From a virus: a stretch of DNA of 54,964 bases. The stretch lies in IMG/VR virus record IMGVR_UViG_3300045988_176929, one strand, 5' to 3'. Shown piece after piece: positions 25,517 to 33,892 of the stretch; within the stretch, counting starts at the first letter, position 1, and the number at the start of each line of letters is the position of its first letter. Both the position numbers and the translations under genes were made by a program. The notes beneath the pieces were generated by a model. It saw only the letters and a list, made by a program, of their open reading frames with translations, was not told the DNA's origin and ran no database searches.

Positions 25517-26426
25517 AGCACAATGGGATGCTTCATTAACTAATCCGATAACAGAAGAACAAACCGGTTGGTGGGATAGAGATTATTTAGCTTCGCAATG
25601 GCAGGAATTTATGCAAATGTTTTTAGGTAACGGGGTTTTTGTTTCACCGGTTAATCAATGTAAAGTTATTCCTGGCCCAGGACTAACTGTTATTGTTACA
25701 CAAGGATGGGCATTTATTAATGGTTCTTGGTATCATAATGATGCAAATCTTGTAATTAATATTGCACAGAATACAACTTTAAATTCAAGAATTGATTCAA
25801 TCAAGTTAAGGTATTCTGATTCAACAAGGTCAATTAATGCTTTAGGTTTTACAGGGGAAACAACATTAGTTAGAGGAGAATCAGTTTATGATTTGAAATT
25901 AGCTGAAGTTACTGTTTCTGTTGGAGCTGTTACAATAAGTGCTGCAAATATAACAGATACAAGATCAAATGAAAATGTATGTGGATTTGTTAAAGGTCTT
26001 GTAGATGTTGTTAATACAAATGATTTGTTTAGCCAATTTGATACAATTTTTAATAATTGGTTTGATACAGTTAAGGATCAAGTTACTGGGGATTTAGGAG
26101 CAAAACTTCAATTAGAGTTTTCAAAGTTAGAAGCTGATGTTGAAGATTATAAAAATACTGCTCAATCTTTAATTGAGAATTATGTTTATAATGATTATAC
26201 ATCAGCTGTAACTAATTTAACATTTATTGATAAAGTTTGTGAAGTAACAGATGCAAAAGTTACAGCAAATAGTTTGATTGATGTTTATTTTACTGTTGAT
26301 ACTATACAAGAAGCTGAGGATTGTAAGATTGTTGTTGATAGTGAAGCTGGTAAAATTAAATTGACGGCTGAAAAACAACCAAGTAAAACAATTAAAGCTG
26401 TGTTTAGAGTGAGGGTGATAGAATGA
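25491..26426 (+). CDS. Baseplate/tail fibre structural protein
   Basis: 311 aa; position in the tail tip module. Confidence 0.5.
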   Translation: MSETSGFFEAQWDASLTNPITEEQTGWWDRDYLASQWQEFMQMFLGNGVFVSPVNQCKVIPGPGLTVIVTQGWAFINGSWYHNDANLVINIAQNTTLNSRIDSIKLRYSDSTRSINALGFTGETTLVRGESVYDLKLAEVTVSVGAVTISAANITDTRSNENVCGFVKGLVDVVNTNDLFSQFDTIFNNWFDTVKDQVTGDLGAKLQLEFSKLEADVEDYKNTAQSLIENYVYNDYTSAVTNLTFIDKVCEVTDAKVTANSLIDVYFTVDTIQEAEDCKIVVDSEAGKIKLTAEKQPSKTIKAVFRVRVIE

Positions 26427-27763
26427 GGGGAAGAACGAATGTAACTCAAAGATCCGGTAGTGCTCCTGTAAATGGGGATGTTAAAGAGTGTGTTGTTGAA
26501 TCTGGGAATAAAATATCAATCGGGGATTTTGTTAGTTATGTTCCAGCAAAGGATGAGTATTATATAAGTGATGATGGATCTTTGCTTAGTAATATGACAC
26601 CTGTTAAAATTGGTAGTTATTTTTTATACCTTTCTAATAATAAGTTGTATGCATTTTCATTAGTTAATGGAGTTATGGTTTTATCCAGAAAGTATGATGC
26701 TTATGTTTTAACTAAAATGGCTATTTATAATAATTATATATTTTGTATTGCTAGGAATGAAACTAGTTCATCAAACTACACATATAGTATTATTAAATTG
26801 AAATTTGAAAATGGAAATTTTGAAAAAGTAAATGATGTTAATTTAACAGGTAGATATGTTTGGGGCATTTCTGTTAATTCAAATTATAATTATGTAATTG
26901 CTATTGGTTTTGAAAATAGAAAAAGAGGTACTACTTCTTATTATGATTCATATTTTCATGCTGAAATTTTTAATATTGAAGATATGTTAAAAATTGAAGG
27001 GTTTAGTGAGGTTAAATTAGGAAGTAAATTTGTTTTTGCTTTAGCAAATGTTGATTGCAGTAATAATAAAATTTATGCTTTTTGTTCCGGTAACAATTCT
27101 TATCCAACCTCAACATATTATTGTGTTGAGGTTGTAATTGATATTAATTTTGTTAGTAAAACGATTGGTATAAATTTTATAATGGGCACTGGGTATGCAC
27201 AATTTAATTCTGGGTTTAGTAATAATTGTGTTATTCCTATTGGTATTTTTGGTAGCAAAATTTGTTATATTTATAGGTATAGTCGTACTGAACTTAGATA
27301 TTTAGTTTTTGATGTTGAAAGTTTATCTTTCTCTTCTAATAAAGCTTTAGTTTCAACAAGTTCTAATTATATTTTTAAAGGTTCAAATTATGATGGGTTT
27401 TTTGTTTTAAATTATTACTCCAGTGATACTAGTGTTAGTAGCCCTAAAAATACATTTGCAAGTGTTAAATTTGATATTGATACTAGTGAGTTAGTTTTTA
27501 TTGGGAGTCTTGGTAATGTTTTTGGGGAAGTACAAGCAAGTGGTTTAATCATTTATGATAATTACACTATTTACGAAATTGGTTCAATTAACGGTAGTGA
27601 TACTAAGGAAAGGAAATTAATAATATCACAAGATGGAACTGAAATAAAACAAGATGTTGATAAGGATAAAGTTAGAAGTTATTCTGGCTCTTCAATAGGT
27701 TTTGCAAAAACAGGGGGATCAGCAGGGGAAACAATTCAGGTATATGTTCCATATGAAAGTTAA
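26423..27763 (+). CDS. Receptor-binding protein candidate
   Basis: 446 aa, last large structural ORF, repetitive beta-rich composition. Confidence 0.45.
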   Translation: MRGRTNVTQRSGSAPVNGDVKECVVESGNKISIGDFVSYVPAKDEYYISDDGSLLSNMTPVKIGSYFLYLSNNKLYAFSLVNGVMVLSRKYDAYVLTKMAIYNNYIFCIARNETSSSNYTYSIIKLKFENGNFEKVNDVNLTGRYVWGISVNSNYNYVIAIGFENRKRGTTSYYDSYFHAEIFNIEDMLKIEGFSEVKLGSKFVFALANVDCSNNKIYAFCSGNNSYPTSTYYCVEVVIDINFVSKTIGINFIMGTGYAQFNSGFSNNCVIPIGIFGSKICYIYRYSRTELRYLVFDVESLSFSSNKALVSTSSNYIFKGSNYDGFFVLNYYSSDTSVSSPKNTFASVKFDIDTSELVFIGSLGNVFGEVQASGLIIYDNYTIYEIGSINGSDTKERKLIISQDGTEIKQDVDKDKVRSYSGSSIGFAKTGGSAGETIQVYVPYES

Positions 27764-27771
27764 AAATGTTA

Positions 27772-27800
27772 TTTACAAAAATGTAAATGTGTGTTATAAT
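27772..27800 (+). promoter_or_regulatory. Sigma-A-like promoter
   Basis: TTTACA, 17-nt spacer, TGtTATAAT. Confidence 0.55.
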
Positions 27801-27823
27801 AAAAATATGGAAGGAGGATATGC

Positions 27824-28099
27824 ATGAACGTAATTTCTTTAATCGGATGTATTGTAGGAATTGTTGGTTGTGTAATTGGTGTTGCTACATTTGTTTCAGC
27901 ACAAATAACTAGAGCAAAACAAGATGGAATGTCAATTGCAAAGTTAGACCAATGTGTAAAAGGAATTGAAGAAATTAAAAATAATATGAAAGAAAAGAAC
28001 CATGAAATTGATCTTGTAATTGATGAACACTCAAGAGCTATTACAAAGTTACAAACAGAAATGAAAACAGTGTTTAAAAATTTGAATATGGATCATTAG
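27824..28099 (+). CDS. N-terminal TM plus coiled-coil protein (holin-like or lysis-associated candidate)
   Basis: Hydrophobic residues 1-30 followed by a charged helix. Confidence 0.35.
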   Translation: MNVISLIGCIVGIVGCVIGVATFVSAQITRAKQDGMSIAKLDQCVKGIEEIKNNMKEKNHEIDLVIDEHSRAITKLQTEMKTVFKNLNMDH

Positions 28100-28114
28100 G
28101 AGGAAGGTGTAAAA

Positions 28115-28417
28115 TTGAATGGGGAAATTGAAACCATTGAACAAATTGAGGTTACAAATAAATTACTTGTTGACATGGTTAAAAATCAGAAAGAAAGTTC
28201 AAAAAGTTTATTTAGAATTTTTATTGTAACTGTTTGTTGTTTTACTGTTTTGCTTGTATCTTTAATTATTGGATTCTTCTATTATGAAAGCCAATTTGAA
28301 GTAACTGATAAAGTTACTACTAAGACTATAACCCAAGAAGTTTCTGGTAGTGATTCAGCTATTAACAATGTTGAGGGCGATCAATATAACGATAATGCTG
28401 TTCATAATCAAAAATAA
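28115..28417 (+). CDS. Single-pass membrane protein
   Basis: TTG start after AGGAGGAAGG; central TM segment. Confidence 0.4.
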   Translation: MNGEIETIEQIEVTNKLLVDMVKNQKESSKSLFRIFIVTVCCFTVLLVSLIIGFFYYESQFEVTDKVTTKTITQEVSGSDSAINNVEGDQYNDNAVHNQK

Positions 28418-28431
28418 GGGAGGTGTTTTAA

Positions 28432-28563
28432 ATGCCTGCGAAACAAACAATAGTTGTTACAACAAGAACTAGGACCAGATCAAAGAAAAGTAATAGTAAA
28501 TCTAAAAGTTCAAATAAAAGAGGTAATCAGAAAAGATGCCCTTCATGTGGGAGGTATATGTGA
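28432..28563 (+). CDS. Small basic protein (43 aa) with C-terminal CPSCG
   Basis: ATG after GGGAGG; TGAATG coupling to the next gene; below the ORF-track cutoff. Confidence 0.45.
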   Translation: MPAKQTIVVTTRTRTRSKKSNSKSKSSNKRGNQKRCPSCGRYM

Positions 28564-28794
28564 ATGGGTAATCATTTAGATATAAAGCACAAAATCCAAA
28601 AGATTGATAAAAGATCTACGTTTGATGAAATATTGAATGAATCAATGTTAAATGATAAAGAAAAGCAACTGCTAACATTGTATTATGTAAATGGTAAAAC
28701 TCTTGATTATATTGCTGATACAATGGGTTACTCATTAGCAAGTGCTAAGAAAATTCATAAAAGAGCTTTGCAGAAAATTGAGTCGTTACTATAA
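28564..28794 (+). CDS. Sigma-70 region-4-like HTH protein (possible transcription regulator)
   Basis: EKQLLTLYYVNGKTLDYIADTMGYSLASAKKIHKRALQKI resembles sigma region 4.2. Confidence 0.55.
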   Translation: MGNHLDIKHKIQKIDKRSTFDEILNESMLNDKEKQLLTLYYVNGKTLDYIADTMGYSLASAKKIHKRALQKIESLL

Positions 28795-28917
28795 GTTAAT
28801 GCTTGTAGTAATGGCTCTTTTTATTTTATATTAATTCTATACTTTTTGAATATCTTAATTCTACTCTAGTACCCAATGTTATGATTTATAATGTAATTAT
28901 AAAAAGGAGGAGGTGTT

Positions 28918-29100
28918 ATGTACCAAGTTATAGTTACTGATGATTTTATAAATCTTATGAAAGAACTTCCCATAAAGTACTTAGCTATTCTTACAAAATC
29001 ATTCTTATCAGTAAATAAAGTCGAAGAAAATATTCCAGTTGAAAATATAGAATTTATAGTTGATTTATTAGAACAAATTAAAAATCAAGAAATAGAATAG
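28918..29100 (+). CDS. Hypothetical protein
   Basis: 60 aa, AGGAGGAGG RBS. Confidence 0.5.
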   Translation: MYQVIVTDDFINLMKELPIKYLAILTKSFLSVNKVEENIPVENIEFIVDLLEQIKNQEIE

Positions 29101-29111
29101 GAGGAGTAGAT

Positions 29112-29585
29112 ATGGCAGGTTATCCACCTTATAATCCATATGCTTATGCTCAACAGGTAAATCCTTATGAACAAATGAGAAATAATTTTCAAATGCAACA
29201 GAATCAATATCAGCAACCATATGTACAACAGGTTGCTCCACAAAATAACTTTTTAAAAGTAGTTGAAGGAATTGAATCTGTTAATGTTGCTGATGTTCCA
29301 GTAGATGGTAATCCTTATTATTTTATCAAACCTGATGGTTCTGCTATTTATGCAAAGAGATGGTTACCAGATTGTACAACAAGAGTTGTAACATATTTAC
29401 CTGTTGAAAATAAACAGGGAGTTGTAGAACAAAAAGAAAATCCTTTAAATGAGGAGTTAATGAATCGGTTTAATATGTTGGAAGAAAAGATTGATAATAT
29501 AAGTAAGATGTTTTCTTCAAATAATAAACCTGTTGTTAAGAATAATAAAAAGGAGGAAGTTAATAATGATGCTAAATCCAATTAA
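29112..29585 (+). CDS. Q/N/P/Y-rich N-terminus protein
   Basis: 157 aa; GYPPYNPYAYAQQVNPYEQM... low-complexity head. Confidence 0.55.
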   Translation: MAGYPPYNPYAYAQQVNPYEQMRNNFQMQQNQYQQPYVQQVAPQNNFLKVVEGIESVNVADVPVDGNPYYFIKPDGSAIYAKRWLPDCTTRVVTYLPVENKQGVVEQKENPLNEELMNRFNMLEEKIDNISKMFSSNNKPVVKNNKKEEVNNDAKSN

Positions 29586-29772
29586 TGTAATTTTAAATAA
29601 AATGTTAAGTGATCCTAGAATTAATAGTAATGAGGTTGCTCAAAATGCTGTTAATCTTTTAAGAAAAGGTGATAGTAGGGGATTGCAGCAAATGGCTGAA
29701 AATCTTTGTCAACAGAAAGGTGTTACAGCAGAAGAGGTTAAACAAAAGATTTTAAGTTCATTTGGTTTTTAA
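29566..29772 (+). CDS. Hypothetical protein
   Basis: ATG after AAGGAGGAAG. Confidence 0.5.
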   Translation: MMLNPINVILNKMLSDPRINSNEVAQNAVNLLRKGDSRGLQQMAENLCQQKGVTAEEVKQKILSSFGF

Positions 29773-29833
29773 GAAATAGAACCATGGAGTGCACACTTGG
29801 TTTTATAATAAATAACAAGGAGGAAAAAGAATT

Positions 29834-30619
29834 ATGTTTGCTAACAGTCCAAGTTTAGCCGACATTGCTGCTGTTACTGGTAATAACCGTAACAATGATG
29901 GAATGTTTGGCGGTGATGGTTGGTGGGCCATTATTATCTTCGCTCTGATTTTTGGTTGGGGTGGATTTGGAAATGGATTTGGTGGTTATGGAAATGGTAA
30001 TGGAGGTGGCTATGTTGCTACTGCTGCTACTCAGGCAGATATCCAGAGAGGTTTTGATAACTCCACAGTTCTTTCTAAATTAGATGGTATTAATAATGGA
30101 TTGTGTGATGGCTTTTATGCTGTTAATACAAGTCTTATGAATGGCTTCCATGGAGTTGATAATGCTATCTGTAACTTAGGTTACCAGACACAGCAGGGAT
30201 TCAATACAACAAATGTTGCTTTAATGCAGGGACAGAATGCTTTGCAGGCACAGCTGGCTGATTGTTGCTGCCAGAACAGGGAAGCTATTGCCCAGGTAAG
30301 ATATGATATGGCACAGGATACTTGTGCTTTACAGAATACTATGAATAGTAATACAAGGGATATTATTGATAGTCAGAATGCAGGCACACGTGCTATTCTT
30401 GATTATCTGTGCCAGGAGAAGATTTCTTCCTTACAGGCAGAAAATAACTCTTTAAGACTTGCTGCTTCCCAGGATCGTCAGAGTGCATTGCTTACAACTG
30501 CAATGACAGCTCAGACACAGCAGATAATTAATTCTGTTAACCCTTCTGCAATTCCTGCTTATGTTGTTCCTAATCCGAACGCTTATGCTTATGGTAATTG
30601 TTGCAGTGGATGTAATTAA
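29834..30619 (+). CDS. Gly-rich membrane-anchor plus Q/N/Cys-rich protein
   Basis: GGDGWWAIIIFALIFGWGGFGNGFGGYGNGNGGG, CCCQ, and C-terminal GNCCSGCN; visibly higher GC than its neighbours. Confidence 0.6.
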   Translation: MFANSPSLADIAAVTGNNRNNDGMFGGDGWWAIIIFALIFGWGGFGNGFGGYGNGNGGGYVATAATQADIQRGFDNSTVLSKLDGINNGLCDGFYAVNTSLMNGFHGVDNAICNLGYQTQQGFNTTNVALMQGQNALQAQLADCCCQNREAIAQVRYDMAQDTCALQNTMNSNTRDIIDSQNAGTRAILDYLCQEKISSLQAENNSLRLAASQDRQSALLTTAMTAQTQQIINSVNPSAIPAYVVPNPNAYAYGNCCSGCN

Positions 30620-30840
30620 TGTCTGATAATAGTAAGCAGTTATCTTGGTTAGATTTGTTAAATGTTTTATCTATGATATTACAGGTTGAAAGTTATGAAC
30701 AAAATTTAAAACAAACATCTAATGATGATTTGTTAAATGAACTTCAGAAACAAGATCAAGAATATCTTGATAAAATATTAGACAATCAAAACAAGATAAT
30801 AAATTTATTAAATGACATTGCAAGTAAACTCACCAATTAG
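30619..30840 (+). CDS. Hypothetical coiled-coil protein
   Basis: 73 aa, ATGA-type coupling. Confidence 0.5.
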   Translation: MSDNSKQLSWLDLLNVLSMILQVESYEQNLKQTSNDDLLNELQKQDQEYLDKILDNQNKIINLLNDIASKLTN

Positions 30841-30852
30841 GTTGATTTAATT

Positions 30853-30896
30853 AAAGACGAAGTGGGTTTATTATTGAATCTGCTTCGTCTTTTTTA
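30853..30896 (+). terminator. Rho-independent terminator (long loop)
   Basis: AAAGACGAAG / CTTCGTCTTT stem, then a T run. Confidence 0.6.
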
Positions 30897-30912
30897 TTAG
30901 GAGGATAAATTT

Positions 30913-31344
30913 ATGGCTTGTAAAAATGTTTGTAAGTTATGTGATAATTTTGTTGTATCACAAGGTGTAACTTTTACAGGTGGAAATTTAGTTATAAATT
31001 TGCCAGCTGGAAGTTATGCAAATAATAGGAAAGTTTGTATTGTTATTGCTCAGTCAATTCCAGATGCAACTACAATAAATGCACCTGTATATGTTACAAT
31101 TGGCTCTGGCACACAATTATATCCACTTGTTAAAAGAAATTGTAGACAAGTAACTGCTTGTGGAATTAGAACAAGAACAAGATATAGTACTTGTGTTGAA
31201 ACAACTTCAACAGGAGGTTTGTTTAAAATGTTAGGAGATCCTTGTTGCTCCCCTAATAATAATCTTGCTTCTATAAATGGAACAACACCTGTTACATCAA
31301 CTTCTAATGATGTTGAAGTACAATCTGTAAAAGGAGGTAAGTAA
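30913..31344 (+). CDS. Cys-rich hypothetical protein
   Basis: 143 aa, CKNVCKLC N-terminus, AGGAGGA RBS. Confidence 0.55.
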   Translation: MACKNVCKLCDNFVVSQGVTFTGGNLVINLPAGSYANNRKVCIVIAQSIPDATTINAPVYVTIGSGTQLYPLVKRNCRQVTACGIRTRTRYSTCVETTSTGGLFKMLGDPCCSPNNNLASINGTTPVTSTSNDVEVQSVKGGK

Positions 31345-31346
31345 TT

Positions 31347-31973
31347 ATGCATATTAAAAGAATCCATGAAATGGTTGAATGTTTGACAAAGATTGCAGAT
31401 GAAGAGTTAAGCAAGGGTGCAGAGTGTGTTGATACACAAGAAATGGGTGAAGTCGTAGATATGATTAAAGATTTATGTCAGGCTGAGTACCATGCAAGAA
31501 TTAGTAAAGCAATGGAATGTGAAGAGGAAGAAGAGGAGTTTGAGGAAAAGTATTTAATTGCTTTACTTAAAGAGGAATATGGGGAGGATGATTACCGTAA
31601 ATTCTATGACCGTTATCGTTACGAGAATGGAAGATTTGCTCCAAAAGGTAAGGGACGTAGAATGGGTTGGGAGCCAATGAAGGATGAGCCTCCGTATAAG
31701 CACATGGCTATGAATCGTGATTTTGATATGGATGATTATGGAAGAATGTATTCTGGTCAGAAAACATCAAAATATGGTTACAGCCATGATGAGTATATGA
31801 AGGAGAAACAGATGCATCCTGGAATGGATGAAGCAAGCAAGAGAATGAGGATGGATAAACTTGATGAGTACATTTCTTCACTTGTTGATATGAGTAAAGA
31901 TATTGTTCATGGAATGTCCCCAGAAGAAAAACAGAATTGGAAAACAGGTATCACAAAATTACTTAATGTTTAA
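31347..31973 (+). CDS. Charged M/D/E/K/Y-rich hypothetical protein
   Basis: 208 aa, AAAGGAGG RBS. Confidence 0.55.
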   Translation: MHIKRIHEMVECLTKIADEELSKGAECVDTQEMGEVVDMIKDLCQAEYHARISKAMECEEEEEEFEEKYLIALLKEEYGEDDYRKFYDRYRYENGRFAPKGKGRRMGWEPMKDEPPYKHMAMNRDFDMDDYGRMYSGQKTSKYGYSHDEYMKEKQMHPGMDEASKRMRMDKLDEYISSLVDMSKDIVHGMSPEEKQNWKTGITKLLNV

Positions 31974-31993
31974 GAAAGGAAGGGAGCTGAAAT

Positions 31994-32338
31994 ATGCTCC
32001 CTATTTTTAATATGAAAATAAATATAAATGGATATAATTGGGATATAGTATATACTTCTGATCTTAATAATTTAAAACGTTCTGATGGTGTTATTACTTT
32101 AGGTGTTACTGATATTAATCTTATGTGTATATTCATTTATTCTAATCTTGATGATTATATGCGTTCTAAAGTATTAATCCATGAATTAACCCATGCTTAT
32201 ATGTTTTCATATAATTATTATATTCCATTAGATCAGGAGGAATTTATATGTAGCTTTGTTGAAAATTATGCTAGGGATATATTGCATCATTGTGATTATA
32301 TCCTATATAATTATTATGCCAGTAGAATACCTCTATAA
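31994..32338 (+). CDS. HExxH zinc-metallopeptidase-like protein (SprT-like), paralog A
   Basis: VLIHELTHAYMFS motif; aligns with the protein at 43691..44089. Confidence 0.55.
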   Translation: MLPIFNMKININGYNWDIVYTSDLNNLKRSDGVITLGVTDINLMCIFIYSNLDDYMRSKVLIHELTHAYMFSYNYYIPLDQEEFICSFVENYARDILHHCDYILYNYYASRIPL

Positions 32339-32346
32339 TTCCCATA

Positions 32347-32375
32347 TTGACATTGTTTTATTAATATGATACAAT
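32347..32375 (+). promoter_or_regulatory. Sigma-A-like promoter
   Basis: TTGACA, 17-nt spacer, TACAAT. Confidence 0.6.
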
Positions 32376-32385
32376 TAACCCATAA

Positions 32386-32428
32386 AAACATGAAACCGTC
32401 TATATGAGGCAAATACGTTGTCATGTTT
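32386..32428 (+). promoter_or_regulatory. 5' hairpin with conserved loop AACCGTCTATATGAGGCAAATACGTTG
   Basis: Stem AAACATGA / TCATGTTT; T6 run 7 nt downstream. Confidence 0.55.
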
Positions 32429-32451
32429 GAAAACTTTTTTAAAATTGCCTA

Positions 32452-32480
32452 TTGACATATGAAATTTCGTATGTTATAAT
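32452..32480 (+). promoter_or_regulatory. Second tandem sigma-A-like promoter
   Basis: TTGACA, 17-nt spacer, TGtTATAAT. Confidence 0.6.
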
Positions 32481-32642
32481 GTAACTACAATAAACAAATA
32501 ACTTATTCTGATATAAAAATGTAATGCAAAACAAGATTGTAATGAAACATAAAACAACATGAAGTATAAAATATATGACTTAAGAATTTTTAAATAAAAG
32601 AAATTAACAGAAATGTTACATCAGCAAGTGTTTGTGAATGAA

Positions 32643-32703
32643 ATACAGATTATATGTTTTATTTACAATCCGTGCAAATTGTAAGTACTCATATAATCTG
32701 TAT
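32643..32703 (+). ncRNA. Long extended hairpin just upstream of the tRNA (candidate processed or structured RNA)
   Basis: 14-bp outer stem ATACAGATTATATG / CATATAATCTGTAT plus 7-bp inner stem TTACAAT / ATTGTAA. Confidence 0.4.
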
Positions 32704-32714
32704 TGTTTTATAAA

Positions 32715-32785
32715 AGGTATATAGCTTAGTGGTAGAAGCAAACAATTTAATTGTTAAGTCACAGGTTCGATTCCTGTTATATCTA
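32715..32785 (+). tRNA. tRNA with a short anticodon arm; best 7-nt loop reading gives anticodon UUA (ochre-suppressor-like)
   Basis: Acceptor AGGTATA/TATATCT; D arm GCTT-AGTGGTAG-AAGC; T arm ACAGG-TTCGATT-CCTGT. The anticodon arm AACAA-TTTAA-TTGTT folds as 5 bp with a 5-nt loop, or 4 bp with loop ATTTAAT. Confidence 0.75.
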
Positions 32786-32844
32786 TTTCCAGAGTTGTTC
32801 TGGTATAGCCAATAAGGCACAAAATCAAAAGGAGGTCATATGAT

Positions 32845-33375
32845 ATGACAAAAATTGAACTTTTAGGTTTACCAAAAAAGGATATTGCCAATATGTGCAA
32901 GGAAGCTGGCTTACCTCGTTACAAGGGAAAGTCTGAATTAACAAAGGAAGAGATGATCGACAATCTGTTAGCTAATGTTGAATTTGTTGATGAAAGCTAT
33001 ACAGGTGATGATGCCATTGTTGTTAAGCAGGAAGAGGACAAAACCGAAAAGGCTGAGGATCCTGTTGGTGTTGAAGAAAATGTTGAAGAACCTGAACCTT
33101 GGATTATGAAGGATAGATCTGATTTGATTGAAAAGGCTGAGGTTGGTACATTAATTGCATTTTACGATGAAAAGGGAAAGCCTAGAACAGCAGCTCTTGT
33201 AAATCGTTCCTCGAAGAAAAAGGTTGTTAAGCTTGTAACCGAATTTGAAAGAGAATTTATTGTGCCTTATGATAACGTGATTTGGATTAAGAAAGGAAAC
33301 AGATGGCCACGTGGGGTATATAATCTGTTGAAGGGTTACAAGACAAATGGAGTTAAAGAAACCGAAAACAAGTAA
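32845..33375 (+). CDS. Protein with N-terminal Rho_N/HeH (SAP-like) motif
   Basis: MTKIELLGLPKKDIANMCKEAGLPRYKGKSELTKEEMIDNL. Confidence 0.55.
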   Translation: MTKIELLGLPKKDIANMCKEAGLPRYKGKSELTKEEMIDNLLANVEFVDESYTGDDAIVVKQEEDKTEKAEDPVGVEENVEEPEPWIMKDRSDLIEKAEVGTLIAFYDEKGKPRTAALVNRSSKKKVVKLVTEFEREFIVPYDNVIWIKKGNRWPRGVYNLLKGYKTNGVKETENK

Positions 33376-33889
33376 GCAACAGGATGAAAAGGTTAGAGTT
33401 TATGTTTCTGAGTTAAACAAATTGCAAAATGACTTTAAAGAATATGAAAAACAGTTTAAAGAAAAGAAAGAAAAATTGCAAACTAAGATCAGAAATTATA
33501 TGTATATAAATGGGTTTACAAACTTTCGATTCAGTAATCTGGATGGTAATGTTGTTAAAGTTGCAAATGTTAAACAAAGAAAAGTTGACTTTGACATTGA
33601 ACTGTTAAAAGAAAGACTTGATAGAGATATATTAAAACAAATTCTTATTAAGACTTATACCATTGAAGATTTTGAAGGATTGAAAAAGTATTTGAAATCA
33701 TGTGGTGTTGATCCAAAGAAGTTTGTAAAGTATTTATCCATTAATGAGGTTGTAGATCAAAAGAAGATCAATGAGCTTTCTGAGTTGGGTGAAATAACTT
33801 CAAAGGATTTAAAAGGATGTTATACTGTAACTGAAAGTGTTGGTTATATTCGTATAACAGAATCAGAAAATTTGGAAGCTGAGGAATAA
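33347..33889 (+). CDS. Coiled-coil hypothetical protein
   Basis: 180-aa ORF; start uncertain. Confidence 0.5.
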   Translation: MELKKPKTSKQQDEKVRVYVSELNKLQNDFKEYEKQFKEKKEKLQTKIRNYMYINGFTNFRFSNLDGNVVKVANVKQRKVDFDIELLKERLDRDILKQILIKTYTIEDFEGLKKYLKSCGVDPKKFVKYLSINEVVDQKKINELSELGEITSKDLKGCYTVTESVGYIRITESENLEAEE

Positions 33890-33892
33890 GTT

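Noticed and set aside
32715-32785. Genome-wide UAA stop-codon reassignment implied by a UUA-anticodon tRNA.
   Set aside because: Most genes end in TAA with tight coupling to the next RBS or start. I saw no long ORFs that need in-frame TAA readthrough. ORFs in the AT island are long precisely because TAA is avoided in frame.
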